Source of the DNA: Mobula hypostoma
Taxonomy: Eukaryota
Length of the DNA stretch: 64,000 nt
Assembly (NCBI RefSeq): GCF_963921235.1
Contig: NC_086097.1
Location: forward strand, 154,630,001-154,694,000
Direction of reading: 5' to 3'
Below, piece by piece: positions 39,890 through 53,569 of this stretch. Made by a program: the position numbers and the translations under genes. The notes beneath the pieces were generated by a model. It had not been told where the DNA came from. It did no database searches and saw only the letters and a program-made list of their open reading frames with translations. The first letter of the stretch is position 1; each line of letters begins with the position of its first letter.

Positions 39890-41400
39890 TTGCTGTCCGT
39901 TAAGACAGTACAGATAGCATTCAAAGATTTCTTTCTACAACCAAAAGTCTTGATATGATTTTTTGAACCTTGGCTTCAGCTCAAAGTCATTTTGTAGCGA
40001 GATCAGTCTTCCCCCATCCTTCCTGTTAATTCCTCTCTGCAAGTGTTCTGGAATTTGGATCAAGAGAAGATCCTGAAATCTCTTTGACCGAGACTTTGTC
40101 CAGCTTGTCCAGGTGGGCACAGTATACTTAAAGATCATCATCTAGTATTTTTTCTTTCTCTTCCAACTCAGAAATTGGAAAAGGTCCTGATAGCCAATGT
40201 TGCACTTAAATAGGGTTAACTTGGACAGAACTGTAGAAACAACTGATTTGACTTTGATAAGCTTCAAATCATTCCCTTGCATTTGAAAATTGAGTTCATT
40301 AAACTTCACAAATAATTATGACATATAAGCAATGTCAAGCTAATATTCTTAAGCTGATTACTGAATAAAGTAGTCGAGTCTTCAAACAATTTTATTATAG
40401 TTTCAAGAAGCATATAAAAGTGTCTCAGACTGTTTCCTTTTGAGAACCAGCTGACTTCTGTTTGCAAAAGCAAGCATCAAACTGTTCATCATTCTTAATA
40501 CAAAGCTCTTGAAATAGTCAAGAATTGAGAACATGACACTTGATTATATTTACTGCTGTGATAACAGTACTTAATGACTTGTGCAGCCAATCACAGGTTT
40601 TTTGTGACAAGATGTTGTCTGTGAATTACACAGTGAATGGTAAATATGTTAGGTACAGTTTTTTTCAAGAAAATTATAACCCTTCAGTGGCATCCTGTCA
40701 TCTGGCACCCAGAGCCCCATCTGTTACACATGCAAGAATGTTGGTGAGCAGAATGTTCTTCTCTGAAAAATTGCACAAAAAGCTGAAATATTGACTCTCA
40801 CTTTGTATCTGTTTCTAGTTCCCTTGCGAATAACAACTTTTGAACCATGCTTTTATCTTTCCTGAAGCGAACATGACCAAGAAGCAAAGATTCATTGCCT
40901 GGCAAAGCTGACTCATCTGACTGCAGAGTAAATTCTGTTGTCCTAAACTTGTTGCATAATGTATCTTCCATCTTCTCAGACATTTCATTTATTTTCCTTT
41001 GAACAGAGTTGTCACTGAGAAGAATCTCTTTTAGTTATTTAGTCTGGTTCCTTGTGCAACACCATACTCAGAACGTCCTTTACTGCTGGTAGAATTAGTT
41101 CTTCTTCAATTGTTTGGGGCTTTCCAGATTTAGCAAGGAGCAATGAAATAATGTATGAAGCACACAAACCATCATTGTTTTGGTTTGAAATGTTGTCTGT
41201 TTCTGAAGTTATTCACAAAGTGACTAAAGATAAACCAAGTTCTTGTTTGCTTTATCAGTGCATGTATTCTCTTCAAGTGTTCAAGGAAAGCAAATGATTT
41301 AATTGCCTCATTTGAAAAAAATCTTTTCATGCAAAAGACACATTGGGTGTGGTTGCTTGCTTGATGCTGGTATAAATCTGTGTTTAATTTCAGAAGATAC
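39890..41400 (-). mobile_element. hAT (Buster/Charlie-like) transposase remnant
   Basis: QCVFC...FSNEAIK...LEHLKRIH (BED-finger-like); FTLQSDES (F.LQLDES motif); fragmented; boundaries approximate. Confidence 0.7.
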
Positions 41401-41790
41401 CAAAGCTCTTTCCTGATTTTACAAGTAGATGAAAGGAAAAGGTTTATTGGACAAATGCAGACAAGTGGAACTAGACATCTTGGATGGATGAGTTGGGCCA
41501 AAGGGCCTGTTTCCACGTTGCATTACTCTGTGAGTCTACATTTATGATATGGAACTAGCAACACAGAGTTCATTGACTTAAATTCCACAAGCTTTTGGTT
41601 TCACTTCAAGAATCTGGTAACAGTTGAGACAATTCTTCCTGCTGTCTCAGGAGCCTCTGGCTTATATGTGATTCCAATTTTGAATTAAGTGATTGGATTC
41701 TTCATACACATGACATTGATACTCATTGATCACTTATAATATTCTTATAAAGTTTGTCATGATAATTTAATGAAGGTTTTTATTCCTAAG

Positions 41791-41844
41791 GGTAACCCAG
41801 GAACACCAGGACAAAGAGGACCTCAAGGACAACATGGCCCTCCT
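41791..41844 (+). CDS. Collagen exon, 54 bp, GNPGTPGQRGPQGQHGPP
   Basis: cctaag|...|gtaagt. Confidence 0.9.
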
Positions 41845-43939
41845 GTAAGTACAGCAATTGCCATTCCATGGTTAGTGTTTTGCAGTTGTTCCATGAGTAC
41901 AGACTGAGATGAAAAAAGTACACTATTATTATCCCGGTACAATGGACAGAATACTTACCAGAGATTGAATTTTTAGTGTTAATTTGCCCTTTTTAGACTG
42001 TGCTAAAGGGATCAGATCTTGGAGTTATTCTCGCCAGGTCAGTGACAGATAAGCGATGTTTGGTCTAAGAAATTGGAGCAGGGGGAGTCCACTTGGCGAA
42101 TTGATCCTGCTCTGCCATTCAGTGATCTGGCAGTGAACTCAGGATTACCTATCAGCCTTTTCTCCATGACCCTTGATTCCCCTGCTGTACAAATATGTAC
42201 TTAACTGTGCCTTAAATGTATTTAATGAGGCAGCCTCTATTGCTTCCATGGGCTGAGAATTACCCAGAAGAACTATGCTCTGGGAAAGCAGCTTCTCCTC
42301 ATCTCCATCCTAAATTTCCCTGAATCTTCAGGTCACATCCCTTAGTTCTAACTTATAATCAGTGACTTATTCTGGAAACTCAAGACACAGGGCAGCAGGA
42401 CAAATAATGCTTGGCCTTGATACCTCCATGTGCACCCCAGCTTTTGATAATAGTTTTACCAAAAAAAAGCAGCAATTAATCAAGGTGAGACAGATCATAT
42501 ATCAATGAGCCAGTCTTCATCTAAAGTGGCCATGTTTATGGTGTGGCTATCTATCTTACACCATCTACACTGTGTCAGGCCACGAGCTGGAATGCTCTGT
42601 GATGATAACATTTGAATTTATTTATTATACTAGTTGTGTAAACTACTGATACAAAGAGGCAATAAAAGTGAAATATTTTATCTGATCTAAGATTATATAA
42701 TTCTGTTTTTACAGTTTCAAAGATCTTGTGTGCATCAAGTTACCTTACCCTATTTTCCATTTTTTAGACCTGCTAACATTTCGTGATAATGTTGGCTATA
42801 TGGTGAGATACAGATGATTACTGACTGTGGTATGGATAAGCAGAAACCTGCTGACAGTGAGATCTGAAATTAAGCATTTACAAACCTGGCGTTTATTTTC
42901 TTTGGTGAAATAAGTCCGGTAAAATATATTTCATAGCATCTACTAATGAGAACTCTTATCAAAAATAGTTGAACTAATAACGGGCATAAAATATCTCCAA
43001 AAATGTGTTAATTGTTCAAATTCTCAGCTTTATTCTCTCATCCTCTAATTAGTTTTTTTTTTCTAAGGGGGCAGAAGAAAGATGGACTATCCACATTTAT
43101 ACTCTTGTCCTTCTACGAAAGTGAAGTACAATGTATGACAACATGTTGCAAACTGCATGGTATGGAAAATGTAATGCGGCAATGGGTAGTCAAACTGCCC
43201 AACACATCACAGGCACCTGCCTACCTGCCACCAAGGACATGTATACAGAAAGGTGCTGGAAGGGGGCCAGTAAGATCATGAAGGATCACACCCTCTCTCC
43301 TCATTGACTTTTTATCCCATTCCTATCACATAGCATACACACCAGGACCACCAGAATCAAAAACAGTTACTTTCCCAACCAGAAACCTCCACCCACTAAC
43401 CCACCCTCCCACACCCCCCACCACCACTACTTTATCATTTCCTGTCACAGTTACCTTATGTACTCCTGTGCCTAGAATCACTTTATGGACATTCAATCAA
43501 TCTATGTATACAAGCTATCTAATATAATTATATTTATTGTTCTTTTAAAACTATTGTGTCTTTATCTTTTGTGGTTTTCTTTTTCTGTTTTTCTGTGCTG
43601 CATCGGATCTAGAGTAACAGTTATTTCCTTCTCCTTTATACTTGCATCTTGGACATTAAGCAATCTTGTATCTTGAGTCTTGTTTGGTTAAGTCAAGCAT
43701 TTTAAATAACAGACTGTTAAAATGTTAAATAAATTACTGCAAGGAACGTACATTTAAATAGCAACCCTCAATCTTTCCAAATTCCCTTTGGTGTTTGCAG
43801 TCAATTAAGTACTTTAGAAATGTAGTTGCTGTGATTACATACCAAATCAAAACAGCACTTAGCAAGATTTTGCAAATAGTTTTGAGGTAAGTTTGATGGA
43901 GGTATAGATATTGTTGAGAACTACTTTCATTTTCTTTGA

Positions 43940-44370
43940 CTGTGTATTGGAATTGGTTTAGTATTGTCACATGTACCAACATACAGTGAAAAGCTTGTCT
44001 TATATACTGTTTATGTAGATCAAAGTGCATTGAAATAGAAGAAGGTAAAACAATAACTGCACAGAATAAAGTGTAACAGCTACACAGAAAGTGCAGTGCA
44101 GGTAAACAATAAAGTGCAAGATCATAATGAAGTACAAACGTAGATTGTGAGACATAAGTCCATTGTATCGTATAGGAGGTCTGTTCAAGAGTCTGATAAC
44201 ATTAGGATAGAAGCTGACCTTGATCCTGGTAGTATGTGTTTTCAGGCTTTTATATCTTCTGCCTGATGGGAGAGGGGAGAAGGGAGAATGCCCAGGGTGG
44301 GAGGGGTTTTTGATTATGCTGGCTGCTTTAATGAGGCAGTGAGAAGTGGAGACAGAATCCACAGTTGAGT
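43940..44370 (-). mobile_element. Rex/Babar LINE 3' fragment
   Basis: KAASIIKNPSHPGH..FSPLPSGRRYKSLKTHTTR..SFYP..IRLLN. Confidence 0.75.
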
Positions 44371-45550
44371 GTTCACGGCTGTCTGAAGTTTCTTGTGGTC
44401 ACATATATTCTTTATCCGGAAGTTAAGACAGAGGTAAAATATCAGTTCTGATCTTGTAGAGTGGTGGACTGTTTACTAACTGCTCAGAAGTAAGAAACAT
44501 TTGATTGCAGTACTGATTTTGTCTAAGCCTAAATTATGCTCAAATTATTAAAATAAGATGTACAGTATGTTTGCAATCAACTGACTTAAAGCCAAAAGTG
44601 ACTATTAATGTTAACAGTAGTTACTCACATGGGTAAAGGAGAATGCAGTGGTACAACGTTGTGAAGTGTTATTAACACAGTCAGAAGCTCAACTGATCGA
44701 CTCAACAGTCTGAAACAGGGTTAAACCCAAGTTCCTAAGAACATAAACTATTGCAACAGAATGGACAAGTGTAAATTAAATCCAGTCTGAGTTACTTTGA
44801 ATAATTCATCATAGTTCCCCGTACAAATTAGATTTTGGTAACGCTCATCTGATGAAGAGGAAAATAGTATTCTGGTGAAATTTAAAGGGGAACAAAGGGA
44901 ATTATCCCTGTAAGGGGATAAAATGTTAGCCAGCTTTAGGAGAGATTTAAATTATATCTAAACTTTTCTGAATGCTGTAATGGCAGAGGATTAAAAGTGC
45001 TGGAGGCAACAAAGGTGAAGCAAACATTAAATTCAACAACCAGGAGCAACTATCGCTGATTTGAAAGTACACATCCTTGGGCTTACAGAGATCTTGATGT
45101 GTGGCCAGGAAGTATGAATATCTGCTTAATTACAGAAGGAACATTCACAGCAAGTTGACCTTGAGTCATTTTAGGATACAGTCTCCAGTTACTAGTATTG
45201 ATATAAACAACTTACATTTATATTTTGTATAGCACCTTCAATTACATAATAGAAAAAAAAGGAGCTCCTGTAGATTATTTCATTAAATTACTTGAGACTC
45301 TGGATTAGTTTTACCCTACTGATGATGTGTTGTTATAATAGTAATCCTGCTCAGTATGAGAGGAACTATAGGTTTGGATACTTGGTATGTCTTGGCTGAG
45401 GAGGCAAGGGTGTGAAGCTACCATCTGGGGGATTCTGACTGAATGGTTTTAAATCAGAATCCTCCCGAAACATTATAAATCAATGTATCAATCAAAGAAG
45501 AATGGATGTCTTCAATTAGCATTAGTGTTAATTAAGACCATCCAGGTAAG

Positions 45551-46390
45551 GAATTGAATTGTATTGACTTTATTTCTTACATCCTTTACCTAGATGAGCA
45601 GTAAAAACCTTTACATTACGTCTCTGTCTAAATGTGCAATGTGCAATCATAGTAATTTATAATAATTTTTAATAAATAGAATGGTCAATCTAATATATAA
45701 ATACACCCAAATCAGCATGAATCAATCAGTCTGATGACCTGGTGGAAGAAGCTGTCCCGGAGCCTGTTGGTCCTGGCTTTTATGCTGTGGTACCGTTTCC
45801 CAGATGGTAACAGCTGGAATGCATTGTGGTTGGGGTGACTCGGATCCCCAGTGATCCTACAGGCCCTTTTTACACCTGTCTTTGTTAATGTCCTGAATCA
45901 TGGGAAGTTCACAACTACAGATGCGCTGGGCTGTCTGCACCACTCTCTGCAGAGTCCTGCGATTAAGGGAGGTACAGTTTCCATACCAGGCAGTGATGCA
46001 GCCAGTCAGGATGCTCTCAGTTGTGCCACTGTAGAAAGCTCTTAGGATTTGGGGGCCCATACCAAACTTCCTCAACCATCTGAGGTGAAAGAGGCGCTGT
46101 TGTGTCTTTTTCACCACACAGCTGGGTGTGTACAGACCACGTGAGGTGCTTGGTGATGTGGATGCCAAGGAACTTAAAGCTGTTTACTCTATCAACCCCA
46201 GATCAATTGATGTCAATAGGGGTTAGCCCGTCTCCATTCCTCCTATAATCCACAACCAGCTCCTTTGTTTTCGCAGCATTGAGGAAGATGTTGTTTTCTT
46301 AATACCACTGTGTCAGAGAGATGACTTCTTCCCTGTAGGCCACTTCATTATTGTTTGAGATAAGGCCAATCAATGTAGTGTTATCGGCAA
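45551..46390 (-). mobile_element. Rex1/Babar LINE 3' fragment
   Basis: KKTQQRLFHLRWLRKFG...ESILTGCITAWYGN; same 3' end recurs at ~15573-15750. Confidence 0.8.
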
Positions 46391-46416
46391 CACTGCCTTT
46401 CTTTAAAACCTACAGA

Positions 46417-47594
46417 ATAGAAACATAGAAACATAGAAAATAGGTGCAGGAGTAGGCCATTCGGCCCTTCGAGCCTGCACCGCCATTTATTATGATCATG
46501 GCTGATCATCCAACTCAGAACCCCGCCCCAGCCTTCCCTCCATACCCCCTGACCCCCGTAGCCACAAGGGCCATATCTAACTCCCTCTTAAATATAGCCA
46601 ATGAACTGGCCTCAACTGTTTCCTGTGGCAGAGAATTCCACAGATTCACCACTCTGTGTGAAGAAGTTTTTCCTAATCTCGGTCCTAAAAGGCTTCCCCT
46701 CTATCCTCAAACTGTGGCCCCTCGTTCTGGACTTCCCCAACATCGGAAACAATCTTCCTGCATCTAGCCTGTCCAATCCCTTTAGGATCTTATACGTTTC
46801 AATCAGATCCCCCCTCAATCTTCTAAATTCCAACGAGTACAAGCCCAGTTCATCCAGTCTTTCTTCATACGAAAGTCCTGCCATCCCAGGAATCAATCTG
46901 GTGAACCTTCTTTGTACTCCCTCTGAGGCAAAGATGTCTTTCCTCAGATTAGGGGACCAAAACTGCACACAATACTCCAGGTGTGGTCTCACCAAGGCCT
47001 TGTACAACTGCAGTAGTACCTCCCTGCTCCTGTACTCGAATCCTCTCGCTATAAATGCCAGCATACCATTCGCCTTTTTCACCGCCTGCTGTACCTGCAT
47101 GCCCACTTTCAATGACTGGTGTATAATGACACCCAGGTCTCGTTGCACCTCCCCTTTTCCTAATCGGCCACCATTCAGATAATAATCTGTTTTCCTATTT
47201 TTGCCACCAAAGTGGATAACTTCACATTTATCCACATTAAATTGCATCTGCCATGAATTTGCCCACTCACCCAACCTATCCAAGTCACCCTGCATCCTCT
47301 TAGCATCCTCCTCACAGCTAACACTGCCACCCAGCTTCGTGTCATCCGCAAACTTGGAGATGCTGCATTTAATTCCCTCATCCAAGTCATTAATATATAT
47401 TGTAAACAACTGGGGTCCCAGCACTGAGCCTTGCGGTACCCCACTAGTCACCGCCTGCCATTCTGAAAAGGTCCCGTTTATTCCCACTCTTTGCTTCCTG
47501 TCTGCTAACCAGTTCTCCACCCACACCAATACCTTACCCCCAATACCGTGTGCTTTAAGTTTGCACATTAATCTCCTGTGTGGGACCTTGTCAA
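46417..47594 (-). mobile_element. Young 5'-truncated CR1 LINE
   Basis: ORF 46612-47568 nearly identical to the 9877 copy; (catagaaa)n tail. Confidence 0.95.
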
Positions 47595-47880
47595 TCTATT
47601 CCGTAACTCACTTAAGTTTACAACATCATTGTATAAACATTTTTGAGGCCGTGTTGATGGTTGTCCACCTATTTAAGATGAGTTGAGCACATATAATTTT
47701 TTGAAGACTTGAGTCCTGCTTTCTCCAGAAAAAAAATTGAGAACAAAATCAGCATTCATGTTCCAGACTTGATCATTACCTCTTAAGATATAGCTAGTTT
47801 TGTACAATACTGAAGCCTTCCAACTTATACCTTGTATTTTACAGTTTAAAACATTTAATGCAATATTTTTTTTATTTCAG

Positions 47881-47934
47881 GGAATTTCTGGAGAGCCAGG
47901 ACTCATTGGACCTCCTGGTTTACCAGGTCCTAGT
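47881..47934 (+). CDS. Collagen exon, 54 bp, GISGEPGLIGPPGLPGPS
   Basis: tttcag|...|gtgagt. Confidence 0.9.
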
Positions 47935-48239
47935 GTGAGTAAAATCAGGCCTTAACTGAATTATTAACTAGTATATATTAAGTGAAGTTAAAGAGAAAAC
48001 TTACCCATTTATTGTATCATCATGAACTATTCATTCATAATTTTCCACTGAAAACATTCTGAAATAGACTTGAATCTATTTGAATATGGTGCGACATTGT
48101 TTGTGAAAATTTTCACCAACTTCTTTTTACATATTAAGGTACACCAAACCATTGCCTCTTAAGTTCTTTTTGATAAGGCAGTTTATCCGTTTGACTTATG
48201 ATAATTCCAGATTTCTACTGGCTAACCATACTTGTAAGG

Positions 48240-49825
48240 TTCCCTTCCACCACTACCTTCCTCCGTCTGTCAGAATTAGTCTTCACCCTCCACAAGTTTT
48301 TCTCCAGCTCCTCCACCTTTCTCCAGACTCGAGGTTTAGCCATGGGCACCTACATGAGTCCTAGCTATGCCTGCCCATTTGTTGGCTATGTAGAACAGTC
48401 CATGTTCCAAACCTTCCCCGGTAATGCTTTCCAACTGTTTCTTCACTACATCGATGATTGCATTGGTCCTGCTTCATACACCCATGCTGAGCTAGTCAAT
48501 ATCATCAAGTTTGCCTCTAACTTTCACCATGCCCTTAAATTAACTTGGTCCATTTCTGACAGCTCCCTCCCCTTTCTCAATCTCTCTGTCACCATCTCTG
48601 GAGACAAACTGTCACCTGACATCTTTTATAATCCTAGCAATTCCCACAGTTGACTGTACCTCCTCCCACCCTTTCTCCTGTAAAAATGCTTTTCCCATTT
48701 CTCAGTTCCTTTGTCTCAGCCACATCTGTTCTTACATTGCGGCTTTCCTTTCCAGTATATCAGACATATCCTCCTCCTTCAAAGAAGAGGGTTTCCCTTC
48801 CTCCACCATTGATGCTGCCTCACCTGCATCTCCTCCACTTCCTGAACATCTGCACTCAGCCCAGTTCCCACCGCCTTACCAGTGATAAGAGTTCCTCCTG
48901 TCCCTACCTACCATTCCATGAAGCTCAGCATTCAGCACATCATTCTCCACAATGTCTGCCACCTGCAGACACCTCCCTCCCTCTGTGATTCCCTCATCCA
49001 TTCATTCCTCCCCACTAACTACCTTCCCAGCACTTACCTCTACAAGCAGCCAAAGTGTTACACCTGCTCATTCCTCTCCTCCCTCACCTCCATTCATGGT
49101 CTCAAACAGTCCTTCCAAGTGAGGCAACACTTCACTTGTGAATCTGCTGGGGTCGTCTCTTGTGTCCGGTGCTCCTGAAGCAGCCTCTTCTACATTGGTA
49201 AGACCCGTCATAACTTGGGGGACTGCTTCATTGAGTACCTCTCTCCATCCACCCAAAATAGAACTTCCTGATGGTCAAACATTTTCATTCTGATTTCCAT
49301 TCCTATTCCAACATGTCTTGTGCTAAGATGAGGCCACCATCAGATTGGAGAAGCAACACCTTGTATTCCATTTGGGTAGCCTCCAACCTGATGGCATGAA
49401 TATTCATTTCTCCATGTTTAAAAAAAAATCCCTTTCCCTCCCCTCTTCTTCTATTCCACACCCTAGCCTCTTACCTCTCTTCTGCCTATCACTTCCCCCT
49501 GGCTCTCCTCCTCCTTCCCTTTATCTTATGGTGAACTCTCCTTTCCTATCATGTTCCTTCTTCTCAGCCCTTTACCTTTCTTACCCACCAGGCTTCAGCT
49601 ATCACCTTCTGGCTATCTGCCTTCCTCTCCCTCTATCTTCTTATTCTGGCACCTTAAACCCTTCCTGTCTGGTCCTCAGGAAGAATCCTGGACCAAAATG
49701 TTGACTTGGGGGACTGCTTCATTGAGCACCTCTGCAACTTCGCTGCCTGACCTACTGAGTTCCTCTCTAATTTTGTGTGTGTTGCTTTGGATTTCCAGCA
49801 TCTGCAGAATTTTTCATTGCTTTGA
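48240..49825 (+). mobile_element. Degenerate Penelope-like element (RT, GIY-YIG, pLTR)
   Basis: LQTRGLAMG...SPSYAC, YIDD; FQVRQHFTCES..VV.CVRC; boundaries approximate. Confidence 0.85.
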
Positions 49826-49897
49826 TTATATCTCTGACCTGTAGGTTGAAAGAGCTGATTTGATTTTTTTAATTAGCTGCTGTTTTCTGGTTAATAG

Positions 49898-49969
49898 GGA
49901 ATGAAAGGTGACTGTGGTCATCCTGGGCTTCCGGGCCCTCATGGGTTTCCTGGAGGGAGAGGTGATAAG
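49898..49969 (+). CDS. Collagen exon, 72 bp, GMKGDCGHPGLPGPHGFPGGRGDK
   Basis: taatag|...|gtatga; 8 triplets. Confidence 0.9.
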
Positions 49970-50517
49970 GTATGATATTACTTGAATAGCTATAAATTAT
50001 CTGTTATTTGTACTTGTAAAGGACTAATGTAGGAAAATTATGTAGTGAAACTTGTTAAGTTACTGTGCTTGGAAATTTGCTGGTACCAGTGTCATTTTTT
50101 TAAACTATTATTACAAAGAGATACAATAAATTTTCTAGCGAGTTTCAAAGTAATATGGGAAAAGAGCCACCACTGAGTTTCAAGGAAACGAGGGAAAGAG
50201 GGGCCTGCTGAGTTCAAAAGGAGTACAGGAAATATCAAAGCTAGCTAGATGCCAAAGGGTCTGTCTAATTGAAAGAGCAGATTATCAGCGATTTATCATA
50301 CATCAGATTCAAGATAGGGCAAAATTGTCTGAACTATGAATGTAAACTATCATCATTGGAATTGGGTTCTACTGATCCAATTGTCACAGAAAACTACTTC
50401 AAATCCATGTAGTGAGTTCCTCTACTAACTGATTCATTCCAGGAAGTGAGGACTACCTTAGACTGATTCCACTGATTTATTGAAATGTTCTAAGTCATAT
50501 TCTTTTCATCCTTTCAG

Positions 50518-50553
50518 GGCTCTTCTGGTATTCCTGGTCTTAAAGGATGTGAG
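50518..50553 (+). CDS. Collagen exon, 36 bp, GSSGIPGLKGCE
   Basis: tttcag|...|gtaaaa; 4 triplets. Confidence 0.85.
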
Positions 50554-51278
50554 GTAAAATAATGTAAGGGTTGATTGAACTTTTAGAATTCTCACTAATG
50601 AATCCATCCATGACATTTCCATTTCCTAAGTTTGTAACATCGTCCAGCTCTACAACCACACAATTGTCAGCATCAGCTTGGGCCTCTTCACATCTCTTTT
50701 CCTGAAACTGTTATTTGTAATCATTCTTTCAGCTGCCAAATCACAACCCTTTGGCTTTCTCTCCTTAAATTCCTCTTGACCCCCATCTCACTCTTGATTT
50801 TAACACATTTCTTTGACTGTTTTCGGATATACCTCTCAATATCCCCTTTGACTCCTAAATGATGTTTTGTAATATCTCAGTGAAGCACTTTGTGATTTAT
50901 TACCATAAGGGTACTGTAAATATGGTTCTTCTTAAATAATGAAAGTTTTGCATTTATGTGGTCTTGTTCATAGTTTCCAATCCATCCAAAATTCTTCCCC
51001 ACCAACAAAATATCTTTGAAATAGTTTCAATTGCAATCTTCAAATTAGTTCATTATTTTATTTTTGTTATAGGAAATTTTTTTTACTAAAGTACTGATCA
51101 GGCAGCATAGCAACAATCTGAATGACACTCAGAGGTTACTCAGAAATTATAGTTGGGAATTCTGAGAGGGGCGTATTCAAAAAATACCATTGACATACAA
51201 TTAATTGCAACAGTTCTTTATTAGGACCCCATTAAATTGGAGTGCTATTTTAATGTCTTTTGATTATTAATTTGAAAG

Positions 51279-51323
51279 GGAAAGCAAGGTCTGAAAGGTA
51301 AAGCTGGACAAAAGGGTGAGCAG
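51279..51323 (+). CDS. Collagen exon, 45 bp, GKQGLKGKAGQKGEQ
   Basis: tgaaag|...|gtaagt; 5 triplets. Confidence 0.88.
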
Positions 51324-51870
51324 GTAAGTCATGATAAATATATAAAGTCCTATACATTAAGATTTTGTGGTTCAAAGGCTCTTGCTTCACACGTTGGCTG
51401 ATGAAATACCTCAAGCTAAGTCTGGATCAGCTGGAGGAGAATATTTAGTAATCATTGAGTGTTTAGGGAAGAACCTTTTCTCACTGATTTTAAAGAATCT
51501 GAAAATTGATCTACTTTGCCCTTCATGTATTATCCATAATGGTTTCTGAAATTATCATATTGTTGGAAGATGGCTTGGCATGAATTGTACTGTTTTTCCA
51601 AGTAAGAAATAGCTTTCGTGCATATTTGAATGCAGATATTGACAATCTTCCAAAGTATGACACGGCAACAGAACTAGCCAGGTCTCTTTAGAAGGAGTAG
51701 AATGGAGCTGAATTGGAAATCATGAAATTTTTCAAAGGGATTTGTCCTTCCAGATTATTAATACATGCAGAGGAAGATGAGCGAGATCCCCACTGCTTTA
51801 TTGGAAAATGAATATTGGTCATTCTTAAGCATAGTTCTTTTATAAAAAATTATGTATTTATATTTTACCG

Positions 51871-51903
51871 GGGATTCCTGGTCTTCAAGGCAAGAAAGGA
51901 GAG
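51871..51903 (+). pseudogene. Collagen exon, 33 bp, GIPGLQGKKGE; splice acceptor mutated
   Basis: tattttaccg|GGG... (expected ...tacag); donor gtacat; 33-bp split-triplet exon typical of collagen IX. Confidence 0.8.
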
Positions 51904-53569
51904 GTACATATAAGCTTTATAAGGAAATTTCATTTTACCAGTGAAGCTTGCTTTGAGAATGGTGGTCACCTAAATTAGTTAATGATTGGGTATAAGGTAA
52001 TTTTTTAATTAATCCCATCAGCTTTCTTTCTGCTTTGAAGAAAAGGCAAAAGGTAATAATGAGGTGATTTCTATGTTATGGGTGTTAGAAGGAAGAGGAA
52101 ACGGAAAGAATTTCAGATAACATCAAATACGACCAGAATGAGGCATAAGAGAATGTCGATTCTGGAATCTGAAGCAACAGCCAGCTGGAAGAACTTAGTC
52201 TTTGAGCAGCATCTGTGGGAGGAAGGGAATTGTTGATGTTTTAGATTCAAACTACATCAGGATAGCAGCCCGATTGATGAAATTCTGTCCTTTGAGTGAG
52301 AAGTTAAATTAAAGCCCCATATTCTCTCAGCTGGACTCAAAAATTTCATAGCAGTATTACTGAATTCATGCCGATGTTTTGGTTAACATTTATCCATCAG
52401 TCACTATCACCAAAAATGAGATTATCTGGTCATTAGATTGATGTTTTATTGGTACTTGTTGGGTATATTTTGGCAGCTGTAATTTCTACATCACAACACT
52501 GATAACAGTTCAGATAAGCCTTTTGGCCTATAGAGAAATACGGGCTGAGGTTAGGCAAGAACCTGCATCAGTACAAGTATTTTTTTAATGCATGACTGAG
52601 AGAAGGGAATAGCGCGCAACACTGAAGGAGAATTTTCTACTCAGTGGAAATCAGAAAAAGAAATATCAAACTTGAATGCATCAATAAAATATAAAGAGAT
52701 GAACAAATGCACTGGAGAAAGTAAAAGATATAGGAGCAAAAGCATTTTTCAAATAAGGTTTTGCCTTAGAAAGTACTATATTAGAAGTATTAATAATCTT
52801 AAGTACAATTGCAAAGAACCTCAAATACCTAGCAAATCAATTTACATCTGCAAGGTACAAAAATGGATTTGATTATTGAGCATAAACCTCTATCATAAAT
52901 AGAATCTTGAAGATACACGATCTTTTAGCAGAATTGAACAAAGCAACAATGGAGAAATGAGTTGCATATCCTAATATTCCCCTTATATACAAATGTAAAG
53001 CAGTTAAACCACTACATGACTGTATGGGGATTACTTTAGTGAATATTCCATTTAATCCTGCCTGGAACTATTTGATTTATTATGTCTTCTGGAAGAACCA
53101 GCTCATACATGAGACATGTATTCAATTCCTAACCTGGACAGGAATATCAATTCAGTGCAAATGAAGACCTGTAAATTGAAAGCAGAATATTAATGCTAAA
53201 TCAGCAAAAGTAAGTCATGGTTACACAGAGATTGAGAATTAATTGGCAGAAGAAATTTGTGCAGTTCACAAACACATTCCAATGTGTTGATTTAGTCTAT
53301 CAAAGTAATAGAACACTACGGCACAGAAACAGGCCCTTCAGCCCATCTAGTCTGTGCCAAACCATTAATCTACCTAGTCCCATTGACCTGAACCCAGACC
53401 GTAGCCCTCTATGCCTCTCTCATCTATGTACCTAACCAAATTTTTCTTAAATGCTGAAATTTAACCCGCTCCCACCACTTCTGCTGGCAGCTTGTTCCAC
53501 ACTGTCAAAACCCTGAGTGAAGAAGATCACCCTCCTGTTCCCGGTAAAGATTCCACCTTTCACCCTTAA

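Noticed and set aside
44880..44915. Possible extra exon (aag|GGGAACAAAGGGAATTAT...)
   Set aside because: Only two triplets, and the exon series is complete without it
2994..47934. Fibrillar collagen (COL1/2/5/11/24/27) suggested by 54/45-bp exons
   Set aside because: No 99/108/162-bp exons; the 72-36-45-33 series and CPxxCP exon fit type IX
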